From the NCBI GenBank assembly GCA_964252035.1, contig OZ176202.1: a DNA stretch of 64,000 nucleotides. One strand, 5' to 3'. A program made the position numbers and the translations under genes. This stretch comes from Podarcis erhardii (taxonomy: Eukaryota). A model generated the notes under the pieces. The model was not told the DNA's origin. It was given only the letters and a program-made list of their open reading frames with translations, and ran no database searches. Of this stretch, positions 49,200 through 62,649 are shown one piece after another. How positions within the stretch are numbered: the stretch's first letter is position 1; each line of letters starts with the position of its first letter.

Positions 49200-49700
49200 T
49201 ATAAATTAACTATTGCACAAAAGTTAGAATTGCATTGTGCATTGAGATTTGTGGGATTCTGGAGCAGTATTTTGTATAATGTGGATACCATCCCTTGTCA
49301 TGTCCCTTGGATGTCAGGAGGTTTTTGAAGGTGATTGAGGGCCTAGTGGCTGCTTTTACTGCTGGATTATTTAAGAAGGCGTGTATTTGGTGTTCTGTTA
49401 GCCAGGGTATTTGGGTGTCCCCTAGTTGGTCTTGAATTGCGTTGATATGGGCTTGTTATTTTTGCAGAAGTCGGTTAGGTGGTGTAGGCCTTTGGCTTGC
49501 CATGTTTTTATTTGGAAGTTTTGGGCTGTGTGATGGGCTGGGGGCTTAGTGGAGATGTGGTTGGGCAAAATTTGCCTACTTTTCCCCCCTTCCTGTGTGA
49601 TCCTGTTTAGTGTTGTGGGGATTTTCCTTTGTTTGTTTTGGAGGAATGGGTATGCTATGATGGGGGTGCTTCTGATAGTGTCTATCTCAAAGTGTATCCA
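49200..49700 (-). mobile_element. Degraded L1/Tx1-type ORF2 C-terminal fragment between the two genes
   Basis: A/C-rich minus strand; frameshifted ...TWQAKGLHHLTDF...PWLTEHQIHAFL...TFKNLL...KG..STLYKILL, similar to recalled L1/Tx1 ORF2 ends. Confidence 0.5.
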
Positions 49701-50303
49701 TTGTTTTGACTCGTCTTCTAGAATGTATGGGATTATGCTTTACTGAAAAGAAGGAATGTATAGACAGATCTCAATTGTTCCAGGCCAACTATATGAATGC
49801 ATGGCACAGGAAGAAAAAGGAATGTAAAAACCTCACAGAAACAGAGAGATATACAATATACCATTGTTCAAAATTGATTCTAACGACAGCTACTTCTTTT
49901 AGATTCATTGTTTGGCTCAAGCTGGAAGATGGTAAAAGCTCACCAATGCTTTTCTTTTGGTATTCCAAAGCTACCCTATATAGAGGGGGGAAGGGTTACT
50001 ATGCAATGTCTTACAGTTGCAGAGTCAGATCACAAGTTTAATATGGCCTGAATCTAAATCTCTCTTATTGCTAATATTTGTTGCTTATCTCAACTGTTAA
50101 TGCTTTCCAGGAGGTGTTGCCAGTCTTGTAAGCAATAAGTTTTTCTCATAAGTAAAATAATACACACCTATAAATTCTTTATACTTTAATATTAAAGACA
50201 AATATATGCAATATAATATTTTATAGCATTCAAATCAGTAACAAGATGTTTAGAATTGCAGTATGATTAAGTTAACAAATTGCACCAGGTGATGTATACA
50301 AAG

Positions 50304-50309
50304 TTTATT
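50304..50309 (-). terminator. KCTD3: Candidate KCTD3 poly(A) signal AATAAA (alternative ATTAAA at 50185-50190)
   Basis: Minus-strand hexamers 550-670 nt downstream of the KCTD3 stop. Confidence 0.45.
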
Positions 50310-50855
50310 AATACTAGTAAAAAATATGGTGACTCAACAACAAAAAAGGCAAACGTAAGGTGAAGTGGCCATGCCACCCTCTTTCCATTATTATTCCCAA
50401 TATGGAACCACAAAAGCATGAAGAGAGACCAAACTCACTGAAGACCAATAAGTAGGCAACATACATTAAATATTTAGCATGTGCAGAGCCACAAATGGGA
50501 ATCAGAGTTACAGACATTAGAAAATGCTCCCCTTACAACAAAAATGGTAGTGCATGCCAGCCTCCGTTAAAGAAAGCTTGAAATCAAAGTCTGTACCAGA
50601 AATGGACTTCATATTATCGTTATATGAAGTCAACATCAATTTAGAATACTTTAAAAATGCTTCTGTTGGTTGTGCTGTGAAGCCAAGTCCTTTGTGTAGA
50701 ATGATGTGTTCCCTATCCTGTTTTATTCTACTTCAAGAACATCTTGAAAGACACAGACTTACAGATGCCCACAGACACATAAATGTAAACATATTATCCA
50801 GTTTAGTGTTTAAACCTTTGATATATATTTTGGATATAAATATCCTTCAGCATTT

Positions 50856-51420
50856 TTACAAGGTATAATCCTGGCAGTTAGAGTCACTTTTCTTATGCCG
50901 TGGGGAAACTGCTGTCTTTGTAGGTGATGGTGAAGCTGCCCCAGATGTTTCAGAAGCTCCTTCCACAATACTTGGTGAAGACACCAGATGAGGTGCTTTC
51001 TTCCTCCCCAGGAATCCTCCTCCTTCAAACCCACTTTTCTTTTTATTGTCTGCTTTGGCTTCGTTTTCTTCATCAGTTCCTCGTTTCTTCAACTCCAATA
51101 CATTTTCGGGCACTTTCTGACCATCACTTGCCCCATCTGCTGCTCTGGTAGCTCTTATCTCAAGTGCTGCTATTGAAGCCCTTTTGTCAGTTATGTTTTC
51201 ACCTGTCCTCTTCACTTCTGTCTGTACAGGACTCTGGTTGCCATTCTGAAGAATACCTCTGTCTGCCATAGTTTTGTTCAAATTAAAAGCCTGGATCTCT
51301 CTGTAGCTGTGAAAACTCTCTGTCCGCCGTGCCCTGGCTAATAAAGGGCTCTCCCTATATGGCCGTATGGAACCATATGTAGTGGTTTCGTGGATCATTT
51401 CACGGTGTTGCAACTGGAGG
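50856..51420 (-). CDS. KCTD3: KCTD3 last coding exon (human exon 18 equivalent)
   Basis: Minus-strand ttttcag| acceptor at 51421-51422; YGSIRPYRESPLLARARRTESFHSYR...GFEGGGFLGRKK...SPRHKKSDSNCQDYTL*. Confidence 0.95.
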
Positions 51421-51927
51421 CTGAAAATATTTTATATGCATGAGTAAGAGCACCAGTATTACTGAACACAGTCACACTGAACAGATACCACAAGCAAGAA
51501 ACAAGGTATTCTCCTTTTCGAGCATCTATGGTGCTGTTGCTTGTGATGTTACCAGAGCTATTCCACACAAAGATAGTGGAATTTAATGTTAATGGGGGAA
51601 AGTATCTGATCTTTCTGGGAGGCACTTATTTTGCATATTTAACAAAAATGAAACTTGTAACCTTTTGATAGTTTGCAGCTGACTGTACCAAAGGAGACTT
51701 CTCTGGCTGATATCTACATTATTAGTCACATTGAAGAGTAGATCCAGTAAAAATCAATGAATCTGAGTATGCCTCATGTTGGCTATCACTTTCTGTAACA
51801 TGCAATTCTAACAGGGAACCACCATGTCTAAAAAAAATCCAAGTCTCAAAATGTTTAAAGTACTGAATGAAGATTTGGATTACAATTTACCAGCCAGTAC
51901 AAACATGCACATGTGGCAAGGACATAC

Positions 51928-52066
51928 CTAGAGCTGGATTCGCGCAGACGGCTTTGCTGCATCACTGAAGTGGCTGGGCTGATATTGGGAGTCGCACAGC
52001 GAGATGTGCTCAGGTCACACTGATCCAGAAGCTTAAGCAGTTCTTCTTCTGTAGGACCACCCACAT
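51928..52066 (-). CDS. KCTD3: KCTD3 exon (17 equivalent)
   Basis: 139 nt, canonical AG/GT; [34 protein letters not shown]. Confidence 0.94.
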
Positions 52067-52414
52067 CTTTTAAGAGAAAAAACACAGACCAGACACACAT
52101 GCATTTAAACGGCCATACTCTGCCCACACTGCATAGCCCATCCAGATCAGCACCCTGTCCCGTTTGAGCCAAATACTGAAGTAGAACCCTGCCATTTTTA
52201 AGCACGCTGTCCCTAGCTATCCAGCCTTGCTGATCTACTGCAATTCACCCGGAGATCCACCAATAAATCCTCAATCTACCTTCTTCCCACCTCTGCTTTA
52301 AGCAATAGGTTGGAACTGCAGTATAGGAAGAATACAACATCCTACTGGATAGCTACTAAATCTGGCTTCTTTCATTAATAGAAAAATTGGATTATTGCAC
52401 ATCAAGGCAGATAC

Positions 52415-52599
52415 CTTTTTCTTCGCTCTTATTAACCATATCCATAGCAGTGGTGAGGTCCCACATCTGAATACTGCCATTCACGTGCCCCGTGAAAAGG
52501 TAGCGCCGTGGTCTTGAGCCCATCCGACTGGATCCCTCACATTCTCGTACAGTGAAGGATGAAATGGTAGTACAGTCAACAGCCTGAATTTCACATATC
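52415..52599 (-). CDS. KCTD3: KCTD3 exon (16 equivalent), WD40 region
   Basis: 185 nt, canonical AG/GT; [53 protein letters not shown]. Confidence 0.94.
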
Positions 52600-54904
52600 C
52601 TGCATTAGAAATTGCACAAGGGCACATTAAGTCAACCAATCTGCAAAAACAAGGGGCATTTTCATTTTTAGGTAAAAGCTTAGAGATTACTAGTAAACCA
52701 AAAATTGTAACAGAAGTGTTATTACCTGACGAAGAAATCCTTAAACACCAAGACGACAGTATCTTCTAAAATTTATTTAAAGAGTGCACTCAAAATAGGA
52801 CACTTCTGTTACTGCATAATACACCATAGATATTCTCTGCCTTTCAGTTATCCAAATATCCAATCTGACGTGCAAGCTAAGAATCAGCAATGCAGCCCTG
52901 TGACAGTTATGGAAGAGGGAAGAACCTCAGGGCGCTCATGAGATGTGGTCTGCCAAAGCCAGCAACTGGCACTGATGTGCTTGTAGGGTTTTAGACTGTG
53001 GCCATACTATACCATAATATCATCATGCATATGTTAAAGAATGTTCTAGAAAATGCTTTGCTCCATACTGATGCAGAATAAAAACTCAACTGTTTCCATC
53101 CCATAAATAGCTACGTAAATGCCAAGAGTCAGAATCCTTGCAGTGCCTTGCTAGTGGTAAATCACAAATTGTCAACTTGCATATTATGCCGTATCAAGAG
53201 GGCCACAATTCCTCCCCAAATTTAGTGGGAAATTCAGTGGTAGTCACAAGGTTCTCCTGGAAGCATTTGTTCTATGAAATGTTCTATAAACTGGTATATG
53301 CTTTTTTGAAAATTCTGCATAAGTAATTCCAAGAGAAACCTGTGACTACAACTTCTGCTTAGCAATTGAGAACCCATCTCTTTTTAGCGAAGATGGCAGA
53401 GTAGATGTTCCCAAAGCAGTTCAAGAGCAAACGCAAAAGAAAATCTGGAACATCTGAATACACCCAATGCAAACTGCTGCCATGGGAAGCAATAACCAAC
53501 ACAATTATTTCTGAGACAAAATGGGTATACATGAATGCAGGTTTAATTAACATGTAGAAGGCATAGGTTGATTAGACTATGCCTGCAGTAATCAAAAGAG
53601 AAGGAGGAGAACAGAAAGAGGTCAAAGTTGAACAAGCTTTGAGTTATTATGTTAAGATTTACCCTAGTACAACACCAATTTTAATAAACGTGTGGCAGTT
53701 TCTTCCTGTGCAAGAAGAGAACATTAAATCATAGTGATTTATAACATTTATTGGGATGATAATTTGGCCTCCAACCATATTACAGGCTTCTAATGCTATT
53801 TGCTTAAAAACAAACAAGCTGTCAAAGGGATAATCTAGGTGCACAGAAAATGTACTCTTGATTAATTTCTCTAACAGTTGCTTATGATTGTACGTAATGA
53901 ACTTTGATGCAAAGAAGATTGATTCCCTTAAAGAGTTTTATTCATTACAAGATTAAGCAATAAGAAACGATAGGCCATGTGTTAAAGATACTGTGTGTCG
54001 GTGAATCACTATTAGTGGCCTTGGTTGTACTAGCAGTTTCAATTTTAGAACAGTGCTATTTCCTTTAACTAGTATCCAGGGCTTTCAAAAACACTTTAGC
54101 TGCTGTTTCCACGTCTTTGGATTTCATTTACTTTTAAATGGCCAAGCAACATATCATATTATTTTATGAAAGGTAGCAATACACACTAGCATATGGGAGG
54201 AACAGAAGAGAGCTCTAAAATAAGAGATATAATTAAATGCCCATTAAAAAAGTGGAAGTTAAATGCAAACCTGCCTGCAGGTAAACTATGGTTGTAAAAT
54301 ACAAATTTTACTATTATGAGTAAAGCCAAGACCCAAATTGATTCTTTGTCCTTCTATATCCTTGTGCCCAGATTTTCAAATACTTATCAATGTTTACTTC
54401 TTGAAACATTCCTGTAACTGAGTAAATTCATTTTAGAGGTAGGTTGGACATGCAGAATCATAGCCCTCTGCTGCAAAAGTAGGATACCATGACACCCACT
54501 CATTTTTTCTGCTCATTGCCAAGGATCTAATAGCTGAAAAATAGACGCAGAATAAAGACGACATTTAGCAAATGATATGCAGGATCCAGAGGCAATAAAC
54601 AGCTTTGAGTCCTAATCCTTGTGACACAGTATTAAAGCGACACAAACTTGCTTTCATACAGGGCTGGTCTTGACCTTGTGGAGAGAAACTGGTGCATGCA
54701 TTTTGTGGACGTTCTCTTTACCATTTCAAGGGGGGGGGGGTGGAGAGAAGAGTTTGAACAGCTTTTGTTAGGGCAGGAATTTTTATACTGTATTTCATTC
54801 CTGCCACTGTTTGCCCGAAATCAGCACAGCACTAAGCCCCCCAATTATGGACTCATCTTCTCAAATGAATTCTTTGCTGAGAGTGTAGAACAGGTGTAGG
54901 AAAT

Positions 54905-55170
54905 GTTTGGCAAAGTTACAGGGAACCAGACAGAGGGCCTTCTCAGTAGTGGCGCCCTCCCTGTGGAACAGCCTCCCTTCAGATGTCAAGGAAATAAACA
55001 ACTATCTGGCTTTTAGAAGACACCTGAAAGCAGCCCTGTTTACGGAAGTTTTTAATGTTTGGTATTTTATTATGTTTTATATATTCTGTTAGCCACTCAT
55101 AGTGGCTGGGGCAACTCAGCCAGATGGGCAGGGTGTAAATCATACAATTATTAATTATTATTATCATTAT
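54905..55170 (+). mobile_element. L2-type LINE 3' end
   Basis: RAFSVVAPSLWNSLP ORF end followed by UTR and an (ATT)n tail; related pieces near 10460-10580 and 18700-18960. Confidence 0.7.
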
Positions 55171-55934
55171 TAGCCTTCCAGATGTTGCTGCACTCCCATC
55201 ATACCTGGCCATGGCCCATGTTTGCTGGGGCTGATGGGAGTTGTAGCTCTCCAGAGGCCACTGAACTATAAATTTCCACACCTGGTGTAGAACAATTATT
55301 CTAGTGATAATTTTAAACACGATGTGCAGAATGGAACCTGCCTTCCCTCCTAGCCAACAGGATTACCAGAGAGTCATCATGGCACAAACATGAAGGTATT
55401 CTGTGACTCCATTATGCGTTCGGTCTTGGGTACAACAGTTCTGCTGGCCTTTTCATTTTCTTTCAGTATCCCCTGCGCCAAGAAAATGTGAGGCAGCAGT
55501 GGAAAAAGTATAATGTATGTTGTCCACAAAGTGGAAAGAGATAATGGAAGCAAAATTTGAGAAGAGTGGGATACAAAGCAAATTAGTTTACTGTACTTGC
55601 TATTTTGACAATCTAACACTGATTGTTGTGCCAGAGCTAATCGTGGAAACTTAACCAGAGAATCCTAAAAAAGGTAATTTGTTTGGAACATTAACAATGA
55701 ACAGAATTATTATGCTCTTAGGTGGTACAGTAGCGAACACCATTTTGTAAACAATGGGATTTTATAATCATTGCAGTTAAAATTCTTGACATAATCTTAC
55801 CACAGTAAACTTCTTGAGCAAATCTTAACACAGTAAAAACAAACAGAACTTCTTGTTAATCACTAGGCTACAAATTTACAAATAATCTTGACCTTCACTT
55901 TAATACCCAGCTGCACAATAATTTTGTTGCTTAC

Positions 55935-56031
55935 CTTTTTCCAGTAGAAGAGAGCCTCACAAATAGTTTGTTAGTGATGGGAACAACTTTTTGGATAAAC
56001 ACCTGTTGGTCATCACGCTCACCAAATGGTC
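55935..56031 (-). CDS. KCTD3: KCTD3 exon (15 equivalent)
   Basis: 97 nt, canonical AG/GT; [33 protein letters not shown]. Confidence 0.94.
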
Positions 56032-56101
56032 CTGTAATTGGAAAGCAAAGATGATTTCTCCCCCTCAATTCAAGGCCCTTGAACATTTTTGAAATATATA
56101 T

Positions 56102-56446
56102 AGGTAAAGGTAAAGGGACCCCTAACCATTAAGTCCAGTTGTGGCCCACTCTGGGGTTGCGCGCTCATCTTGCTTTATTGGCCAAGGGAGCCAGCGTACA
56201 GCTTCCGGGTCCTGTGGCCAGCATGACCAAGCCACTTCTGGCGAACCAGAGCAGCGCACGGAAACGCCGTTTACCTTCCCACTGGAAGGGTCCCTATTTA
56301 TCTACTTGCACTCTGATGTGCTTTTGAACTGCTAGGTTGGCAAGAGCAGGGACCGAGCAACGGGAGCTCACCCTGTCGCGGGGATTCGAACCGCAGTCCT
56401 TCTGATTGGCAAGTCCTAGGCTCTGTGGTTTAACCCACAGCACCAC
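56102..56446 (-). mobile_element. Sauria SINE in a KCTD3 intron
   Basis: Close match to the copy at 19012. Confidence 0.85.
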
Positions 56447-57526
56447 AGTAAATATTAGATAAACACCCATTGAATTCTATGTACTAGTTTCCAATTTTTC
56501 TGTGAAAGTTTTCAAAAAGCTGTCCAAAATGTTTAACAATGCACCTATATCACTACTGCAATGTGGCCCATAACAATCCCTCACTCAATACTGTTCATAG
56601 ATCGTCAATACTGTTCCTTTCCCCTTAAGGAAGTCTCAAAATCATCACCCTGTTTTTTATGGATTAAACTATTGTTAGTAGTCACCAGTTACTAGTCATT
56701 TTCTCTCTGCATTAGCTGCATACTCAGAAACATGTTTGCCAAGAGAGGGTCATAGGGCTGAGAAAGAGAGAAACTGGTAGTCCCTCCCCCACTTTTTATA
56801 ATCTTAATTTCATTTTATATTTCATATTACCCTAAGTAATATCACAAAACTACAGAGGTTGGCCATTTGCTACCAAGCCAAGTTCAAGGTTAGTGTGGAG
56901 AGCCCTTAACTGCTTGGGTCCAGCTTACCCTCTAGATACCCACTCAACTGTTTGTTTGCAGAACTCTCACTGTCACAAGTGCCACGTAATACCCCTTCTG
57001 CACTTTTAAGAAACTGAAATTTTTGTGTGGCAGCATCTACACTTTGGAAATCCCAACTCCCTGCTTCATATTCTTTTTTGGTGCATGCTTAAAACATTTT
57101 TGTTTAGGCAGCCTATCCAGCCATGTAGAATTTATATATGCTTTATCTCTCTTTAGCTACTGCTAATTTTAATTATCTTTTGAATGCTTTTAAATACCCG
57201 TTTTTAACTATTTTAAATCTGGAACTTTAATGTTTTAGTTTATACTTCTGTAAATTGCTTGGGAGGTTGGTTTTTTTGTTTTGTTTTTTTACAATCAAGT
57301 GCTATATAAATTATTCAATGACTGAGAAGTGAATCCCTGGACCACCTTCCTGCCTTCTAGTCCAAGGCAGCTACTTCTTTCACCACAGGCCATTTAACAT
57401 ATCCCCTCCTCTTGTCATTTCCCATATCCTCTTCTCTCTTGAACACTGCAAGATAGAAATGTTCCATTCAAAGTCTCAAAGAACAGATTAGCTACCCGGC
57501 TGCTATGCTCAGAATGCTTTATCTAC

Positions 57527-57682
57527 CTATATCATTTCCAGAAGAGTAACTGCCATGGCTCTCGGTCTCTTCCAAGGACAAAATTTTGAATGATGCCAAG
57601 GGAGTCGATCCTGGCTGTGTTGAAATCATTCCTCTGAAACGTGTCACTGTCCAGGTCCGAACATGATTGTTATCTGCACAAA
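57527..57682 (-). CDS. KCTD3: KCTD3 exon (14 equivalent)
   Basis: 156 nt, canonical AG/GT; [52 protein letters not shown]. Confidence 0.94.
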
Positions 57683-57891
57683 CTAGAAAAAGTACAAGAA
57701 AAAAGGTTCACAAAATGATACAGCTATCATTCTAAACCTCAACCAAAGTCAAAACCTCACAATATTTTTATGTTACTAATCTCCATTCTGGTAGCCTCAA
57801 TGAAACTTTGTAAGAATTGGTTTGTATTTTGAGTGCCTTCCAAATGCCTAAACTGGGGGTGCTTGTGGGTCCCTTTGTCCTATAGGCATAG

Positions 57892-58082
57892 ATTCAGGTA
57901 GGTAGCCGTGTTGGTCTGACACAGTCGAAATAAATAAATAAATTAAAAAACTGTCCAGTTGCACCTTAGAGATCAACTAAGTTTGTTCTGGGTAAAAGCT
58001 TTTGTGTGCATGCACACTTCTTCAGCTTATACCCAGAACAAACTTAGTTGGTCTCTAAGATGCTACTGGAAATTTTTTTAAT
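57892..58082. mobile_element. Penelope-like element terminal fragment with inverted arms
   Basis: 14-bp flanking direct repeat TCCTATAGGCATAG (57878-57891, 58083-58096); 47-bp inverted arms; sequence resembles recalled lizard Penelope pseudo-LTRs. Confidence 0.7.
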
Positions 58083-58513
58083 TCCTATAGGCATAGTCTG
58101 CTTAAGTCTTGCAGGAAGCACCAAGCACACTAAGATGGAGCTACAGTGCATCACTGTGTGCTAATAGTGCACCATACCCCTCATCTCTCTCAGAAAGACA
58201 CACTCACACACACAACCTGGGAGGAGTCTGTGAAGGAAACGATATATTGCCCAGTGACTGCCAACTCCCATCCAGCTACGGATATTTGCGTTTGAGCCTC
58301 ACCTCACCATATCACCACTGCTATCTTTACTTTCTTCTATAAATTGCACTCATGACCTCTTAATCTCACTGGGCTTTCACACTCAGTATGAACAGGAGAT
58401 GCAAGTGGGGAAGTGGCTTTTATCCATTCTCTTTTTAGCTTCAGAAGTATAAAGAAATGAATACAAATTAAATAGGAAATGGCAGGAGATCCCATTTCTT
58501 CCAACATGATTAC

Positions 58514-58684
58514 CTGACACCAAATGTTTCTCCGACAGCATGATCTTTGTAACAGGGCTTCGATGAACTGTGAAAGTCTGAAAGAGTTGAGGGCCTGATC
58601 CAACCGTTTCTGGGTGTTGCACAATCACACGCACTGCTCCTGAACTTGTGCCGTATGCAATCTCAATCCAATTACCACTTACAC
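58514..58684 (-). CDS. KCTD3: KCTD3 exon (13 equivalent)
   Basis: 171 nt, canonical AG/GT; [56 protein letters not shown]. Confidence 0.95.
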
Positions 58685-59792
58685 CTACGGAAAACAAAAC
58701 ACCAATACAAAACTGCACTTGCTTCCAAAATGGAATAGGGACTCAAAGCTGCCTAGGAATTCTGCATAAACCAATGAGAGGCTTGTACACAGCTTCAATG
58801 CTTTTTAGAGATGTGCCCCATTTACACGCTAATATTTGCCTCTTACTATTCAGTAACAACTCAGCATTAATTACTGCAAATTTCTTTCCCCCCTCCATCC
58901 CCAAGACATCATGAAAGTTGGCAAGCAATGTTGGCAAGGTATGAACAAAAAATGAAAATTGAAAGAAAAGTTTGGAATTGTGCAGCAAACAACCTTCTTG
59001 CATTACTAAGGCATCTTCCAGAATATGACACCTCTAGTCCTAGAACGGTTTAAACAAATTACGCACAGCAATAAACCTGGATTTTTATCCAGTGTAAATT
59101 GAGAAAGGACAGGCATGCAATCCTGTTTTCTAATGAACATGCTGCATAATTTTTTTTTCACATTCTCACTAAGAAGATATTCTTAGGCAATGCTTGACAG
59201 TGGCACCAAGGAAGCCTCCACTTCCCCAATACTCACCCTGCAAAAATTATTATTTCAAAACTGCATTGTAGAAGACAACCATTTTTAAATAGGAATGACA
59301 GGGGCCCTAAAGGTTTGGCTGCTTGGTTTCAATGATAAAGTGGATAATGTGCTTCACCTATAAAGAAATACTGTTAAATAATTCAGCAACTGATGTAACA
59401 TTTATGCCATTCAGAAACACAATACTTGGTCTCTCTTCACAAGGTGTGGCCATGACTGCACTAGGAAATGGCAGGTGTGAGATTTCTAGCTGCACAAACT
59501 TATGCTTGAATGTGCATAATGTGCTCACGTGTCATCTATATACGGACAAAGGAAAAAATAATGCCTCTCAATTTTGTGTTCTTTAACATATAAATAAAAA
59601 AATACCAAAATCCACAAACATCTTCCGGTTGAACATATCATTTGGTATGTTCCCTTGCAATAGGACAAATTTAAAATGGAACATTAAATTATTTTTTTTA
59701 CAAAAGGATGCATTGAGAAGGTCATAATAATGCTCCCATACAGTATCAAACATTTATAATTAAAGGGTATTAAAGGTGAAGATGGTACACAC

Positions 59793-59909
59793 TTGTTTTG
59801 GGTGTGAGGTAAACACTAAGTGCTGTTATGGCATCATTGGAAGGGTCATGGTAAAGTTCTGTCACCAGAAGATCATTATCCTTCATTCGTAGTGGAAATT
59901 TCTGCATAT
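59793..59909 (-). CDS. KCTD3: KCTD3 exon (12 equivalent)
   Basis: 117 nt, canonical AG/GT; [39 protein letters not shown]. Confidence 0.94.
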
Positions 59910-60084
59910 CTGTAAAATAAAAATTTAAAAACACACATTTATTCACCTATTTATAAATTACCCATCATCAAAATATATTGGGGCACTGAACATTAGGTAT
60001 AATAGTCATCTTAAGGTAGCAAATAAAAGAAATTCAGATAGTAAGTGTTGCTAATTTTGAATGGGAGAAATTTCATAGTCTTAC

Positions 60085-60172
60085 CAATGTAATATATGGA
60101 GCCATTGTTGCAGCCCAGCAGTAAGAATGACCCAGCAGTATCATAACTGGTGATGGGAACAACATCTTGAAC
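60085..60172 (-). CDS. KCTD3: KCTD3 exon (11 equivalent)
   Basis: 88 nt, canonical AG/GT; [29 protein letters not shown]. Confidence 0.94.
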
Positions 60173-62533
60173 CTAAGATAAATAAAATGCAAGTAATTTA
60201 AAAATGCAAGTATTTAAAATTACATTTTTTTCATCAGAATGTATCCAGTATTTCACTAGAGCCAATGCAATATGGACCTATGCCGTCTGCCAGTGTACTA
60301 CAATTTCCCTTTTAAAAAGTGAATATAATTTTATTAGAGTTTAATTGGAGCTATTCAAAGAATGTTAAAATTTACATAATATAAGGCAACTTCCTAAAAG
60401 TTTATGAATCTGTGAAAGAACCCCATTGCCACATCTTGAAAGTAGCTTCTCTAACCATTTTTCAGATGTCGTAACCACAGGAAGGTTGTTTCTCAAGAGC
60501 ATTACAGCCCATGAAAATTAAAACAAAAATAGTATTTTGTTGATACTTCTTTGAGAATGTTCCCCTTCTGTCTGAATAATCAAACATGTAAAGTGAAGAG
60601 TTTTCAGGAACCAGCTTCCAAATAACCTGCAAGTCCACTTTTGCCTTCAAATGTTCCCACCAAATAGCAATTCCAGTAAGTGCAATTCACCGCGTTGTTT
60701 AGCAAGTAACTGATTTGCTCAAGAGCAATAATGATCAGCAAGTTTGTTATCAGTTCCATCCAGATTTCTCTTGCTGTTCCAAGTTAAAATGCCTTTCTTA
60801 AGAAAAGACAAACTATCTTCCATCTCTGTGCTTCTAAATGCTGCCCACGTTTGGGGAGGAGCATACATGTCCTGCGCCCATTAGATGGAACACTTGATAG
60901 ACAAATCTACAGAAAGCAAGCAGCAGTTTTAAGAAACAGAACTCATTCTTAACAAGAAAACTGCAACAGTATTAATAGTAAAACAAAAACAACTTGAGAG
61001 CCTGTCAGCCTGTCACAGCTGATGCATGCTGCCTCTGCCATATTCTCTAGTTCTCATTTCCATTTCAGTTCCCATCTCAGCCCCCCGAGAAGAGGTTTTT
61101 CAGAGGATGGAATTCACGGTGGGAAGGAGGGCACAGGGAACTCCCTTTAGATGAGTGCTCTAGCACAAGAGAAGTTTGGGTGCAACCCACTGTGTCTGTT
61201 TAGCAGCTTGTAATGATTAAAAAAAAGAAAATACAAACAATATTTATACTCAGTTTTTCTCTAAAAAAAGAGATATCCAGAGAACCCACAATGCATAACA
61301 TAGCAACATACAAGTCACTTATTGAGCCCCGAGAACATAGGCAAGGTGCCTTTGGATGTCCATCTCGCCACTTGCTCTCTTAAACCTTGTCCAGTCTGCT
61401 TTGTTTATACAGTTTGGGGGGGGGGAGCTGACCACATGAATCCAGGGGGAGGTTATCCTTGGATAAGAAGCCCGTCAATCTCCAGAGCCATGAAGGTGCT
61501 GCCTTACATATAATGGCCAAAAAAATCTGGACCAGGTTGCATCAAAGACTGCTTTGCCCTCCATTGCACAGCAAGGGTAATAAGATCTACAAATGTAACC
61601 CAACAGCTCTATTCATTCCCACTATGCCATTACATTCGCAAGAGACAAAGACACACCATTTCTTACCAGAAAAATATTCACACAACTTCAGCAAGCTTCC
61701 AAGGAGGGGTGTACATAATGTGAAGAGGACATGTGTGATCAGTATAGCTATAAAGCAGACACTGCCTATTAACTCCTAAAGTAACACCTAAAACATAGAT
61801 CACCTTCTTGCAGATTAGGCAGAGACTCAAGAGTTTTTAAGCAGGTACTGACAGAGCTTTTAAAGTGGTTTTAGCTATTTGTGTTAGATTCAAATCCAGT
61901 AGGTCAGTTTTCAATACGTAACAAGATTATTATGTTATATCACTTGGCTTTCTGCATTCTTGCAGTGTTAGTCATTGGCATGACTGTCACTTAGGGGTAA
62001 AATCAGGATTTATTCAACCAGTACTGTGGCAGCCACGGGAGTCAGCCTTAGGTCACTTCTGCCTCTCGAGATTTGCAAGGCAGCCTCTTGGATTTCATTA
62101 CAGTGTCTTTACATTGTGCCACAGAAACATTCATCTGGCTGTGTTACAAGGTTTGTTTCCTGCATGAATGCCCAGCTCTTCCCTCAGTCTTGTCTGGAAT
62201 CCAAAAATCTCTATTCTCATTGTCAGAATGCATAATATATAAAAATCACAGGGCATTTGAGAATAGAAATACAAAACAGATATCTTTGAGGCATGATGTG
62301 CAGTGCAATCAGTTCGAGAGCTTTTGAGGGTCCTCAAGATTAACATGCAACTTGTTTGTCTTTGATGTAGTCTGACTTACAAGTAAATGCAATAATAAAT
62401 TGTAATGAATGATAATAAAAGAGAATCCTTAAGAATAGGTAATGATAAACTTTACAAACTAGTACCCTCAGAATTTATTTTGTTTTTACATTTTCATAAA
62501 ACATGTCATATTAAGCATTTCTGTTTAACATAC

Positions 62534-62649
62534 CTGCCAGTGTTGAGTCACGGCATTCCATACTCCAACTTTTCCTGTATGACTAGTAGCCACCAACTGG
62601 TTCCCAATGAAGAAGAGAGCATCCACAGGAACTCCAAGACTAAATACTC
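62534..62649 (-). CDS. KCTD3: KCTD3 exon (10 equivalent); upstream exons lie outside the window
   Basis: 116 nt, canonical AG/GT; [39 protein letters not shown]. Confidence 0.94.
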
